From Eledone cirrhosa (lineage: Eukaryota), in contig OZ024743.1 in NCBI GenBank assembly GCA_964016885.1, positions 68,510,001 through 68,574,000 of the forward strand: a stretch of DNA of 64,000 nt, read 5' to 3'. The notes under the pieces are model-generated. The model had not been told where the DNA came from. It was given only the letters and a program-made list of their open reading frames with translations, and made no database searches. Both the position numbers and the translations under genes were made by a program. How positions within the stretch are numbered: position 1 is the first letter of the stretch; each line of letters starts with the position of its first letter. Of this stretch, positions 62,373 through 64,000 are shown piece by piece.

Positions 62373-62560
62373 TGAAGTAATTCCGTCGGAAAAGTCTAGG
62401 AAAAAAGAGTGCTCTATGTAGCTAACAGAGCTTAATAGATTTTAAAATCCAAATTCAATAAACAGACCACGATTTTTTTCATTCTGATGATTGAAAGCAA
62501 TTTTTTGGCTTTTAAAAAACCACTGTTAAATGGAATAATTGCCTTATGGTGTTTATTACA

Positions 62561-62630
<70 letters not shown>

Positions 62631-62633
<3 letters not shown>

Positions 62634-62985
62634 AAAAAAGATGAATCGTAAATGCGAGTGGAGTCTTTTTTTTTAAATATATATAATTATTTGGTTCATT
62701 TACCGGTTTCGCAGTTCTTCTGCTTTTCAAAAGTAGAGTTGAGATGGAGGGTCTGTGGTTTTTATCACTTATGTGAGAAAAATTACAGATATGAGAAAAA
62801 CCACAGACCCTTCATCTCAACTCTACTTTTGAAAAGCAGAAGAACTATGAAACCGGTAAAGGAAGCAAATAAATATATATATTTAAAAAAAAAAAGAGTC
62901 AACTTGCATTTTCGATTTCATCTTTTTTCCTTATACTTTCACTCGTGTAGGGCACCTCGGTTATTTTTCATTTTGTAAAACAAAC
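62631..62985. mobile_element. Fold-back element of the 2431-2811 family; U3-A8 hammerhead intact on the minus arm (62698-62733), helix II mutated on the plus arm (~62826-62861)
   Basis: Arms 62631-62768 and ~62792-62931, with a tail to ~62985, flanked by (TA)n. Confidence 0.75.
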
Positions 62986-62987
62986 AT

Positions 62988-63022
<35 letters not shown>

Positions 63023-63066
63023 GATAAAGAACACAAGAGCGTCTACAACATCAAACAATTTTTATT

Positions 63067-63113
63067 GGCTTACAATATTTCTTCCTTACGTAACAGTAGG
63101 ATTCGTCAGAGCT
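63067..63113 (-). ncRNA. Minimal type I hammerhead motif
   Basis: Reverse complement agct-CTGACGA-a tcct actgttacgta agga a-GAAA-tattg-TA-agcc, followed by AATAAA. The unit is flanked by TA repeats. Confidence 0.6.
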
Positions 63114-63207
63114 ATAAAAGGGGTTTGATTTAACCTAAGTATATATATATATATATGTATCACAGAAAAAAATAGATTCAGTGTTGCGACGAATGGAATT
63201 TATTGGG

Positions 63208-63299
63208 CATATTACAATAGTTTCTCTGGCGACCAGCTCGAGGCACGATTGATGTGATGATCGAACCTGACTCTGAAAATTGCAAGGTCCTCAGATACG
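63208..63299 (-). ncRNA. Possible hammerhead motif with a long, poorly paired helix II
   Basis: Reverse complement cgtat-CTGAGGA-(63 nt)-GAAA-ctattg-TA-atatg, then AATAAA. The base of helix II is weak. Confidence 0.35.
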
Positions 63300-63377
63300 T
63301 CTTGATTCTACGAACAAATTTTACTATATCGCTTGCTCAAACGGCCAACCGCATACGGACGCTTTAAGCATCCAACA

Positions 63378-63440
<63 letters not shown>

Positions 63441-63625
63441 GTGTGTGTGTGTTTGTGTGCGTGTGTATATATATGTATGTGTGCGTGTATTTATATATAT
63501 ACATTTGTGAAGGAACAGGGGCTGTGTTGATGCTGGATAATGTGTATTTACAAATAAGAGGAAAGCACAAAGGAGGGGGTGTTCCCTTCATCAGTTGTCC
63601 TCTGGAGATCATAGATATTTGTATA

Positions 63626-63671
<46 letters not shown>

Positions 63672-63873
63672 GAGGGGGGGGGGGGGTGCGTCTTTAGTGG
63701 GTGGAACCGAGATGCCAGTATTTACAAAGATCATGTGCCACCTTTCCGTGAAACGGTTTTAAGTGTGTATAATCAATACAGGCCTTAATTTAACATCTCA
63801 CGTTGTTTTTAATATATGCATAGACACACACAAACACACACACACACGCCCGCACATACATATAATATATATA

Positions 63874-64000
63874 ATTGTTTCTACTTTAGGCACAAGGCCA
63901 GTGCATTACTGGTACTTTTATTTTATCGACCCCGTAAGGATGAAAGGCAAAGTCAACCTCGGCGAGATTTGAACTCAGATCGTAAAGGGACGTAACTATG
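63874..64000 (-). mobile_element. SINE family A copy (runs off the window end)
   Basis: Reverse complement of the consensus 3' two-thirds. Confidence 0.85.

Noticed and set aside
62484-62500. CTGATGAttGAAA
   Set aside because: No room for helix II and no helix III or helix I pairing.
63520-63600. Minus-strand ggacaa-CTGATGA-aggg...ttatcc
   Set aside because: The GAAA half of the core is missing. At best a decayed relic.

Overview
AT-rich, microsatellite-dense eukaryotic intergenic or intronic DNA. The SINE types and repeat landscape suggest an octopus or other cephalopod, which is an inference. I see no intact protein-coding gene, and nearly all listed ORFs are microsatellite or satellite read-through. 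Recognisable content: about 12 copies of a tRNA-derived SINE, a decayed Tx1/L1-clade LINE (minus strand), two decayed R4/Dong-clade RLE-type LINEs, fragments of Penelope-like (GIY-YIG), Helitron, RTE and possibly pogo elements, a 4.2 kb 21-bp satellite, and a (TAG)n/(GGT)n/(CCA)n low-complexity block. The main hidden signal is about ten mutually dissimilar families of short non-coding elements that sit in (TA)n tracts. They often form asymmetric fold-back inverted repeats and carry minimal type I hammerhead ribozyme motifs, usually with a palindromic helix III. Recurrent core variants occur (U3-A8, U4A, U4C), and several share a GTTGAGTGCT-like motif near the 3' end. They look like Penelope-derived pseudo-LTR or retrozyme-like elements. 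All alignments and folds were done by eye, and coordinates are approximate to a few bases.
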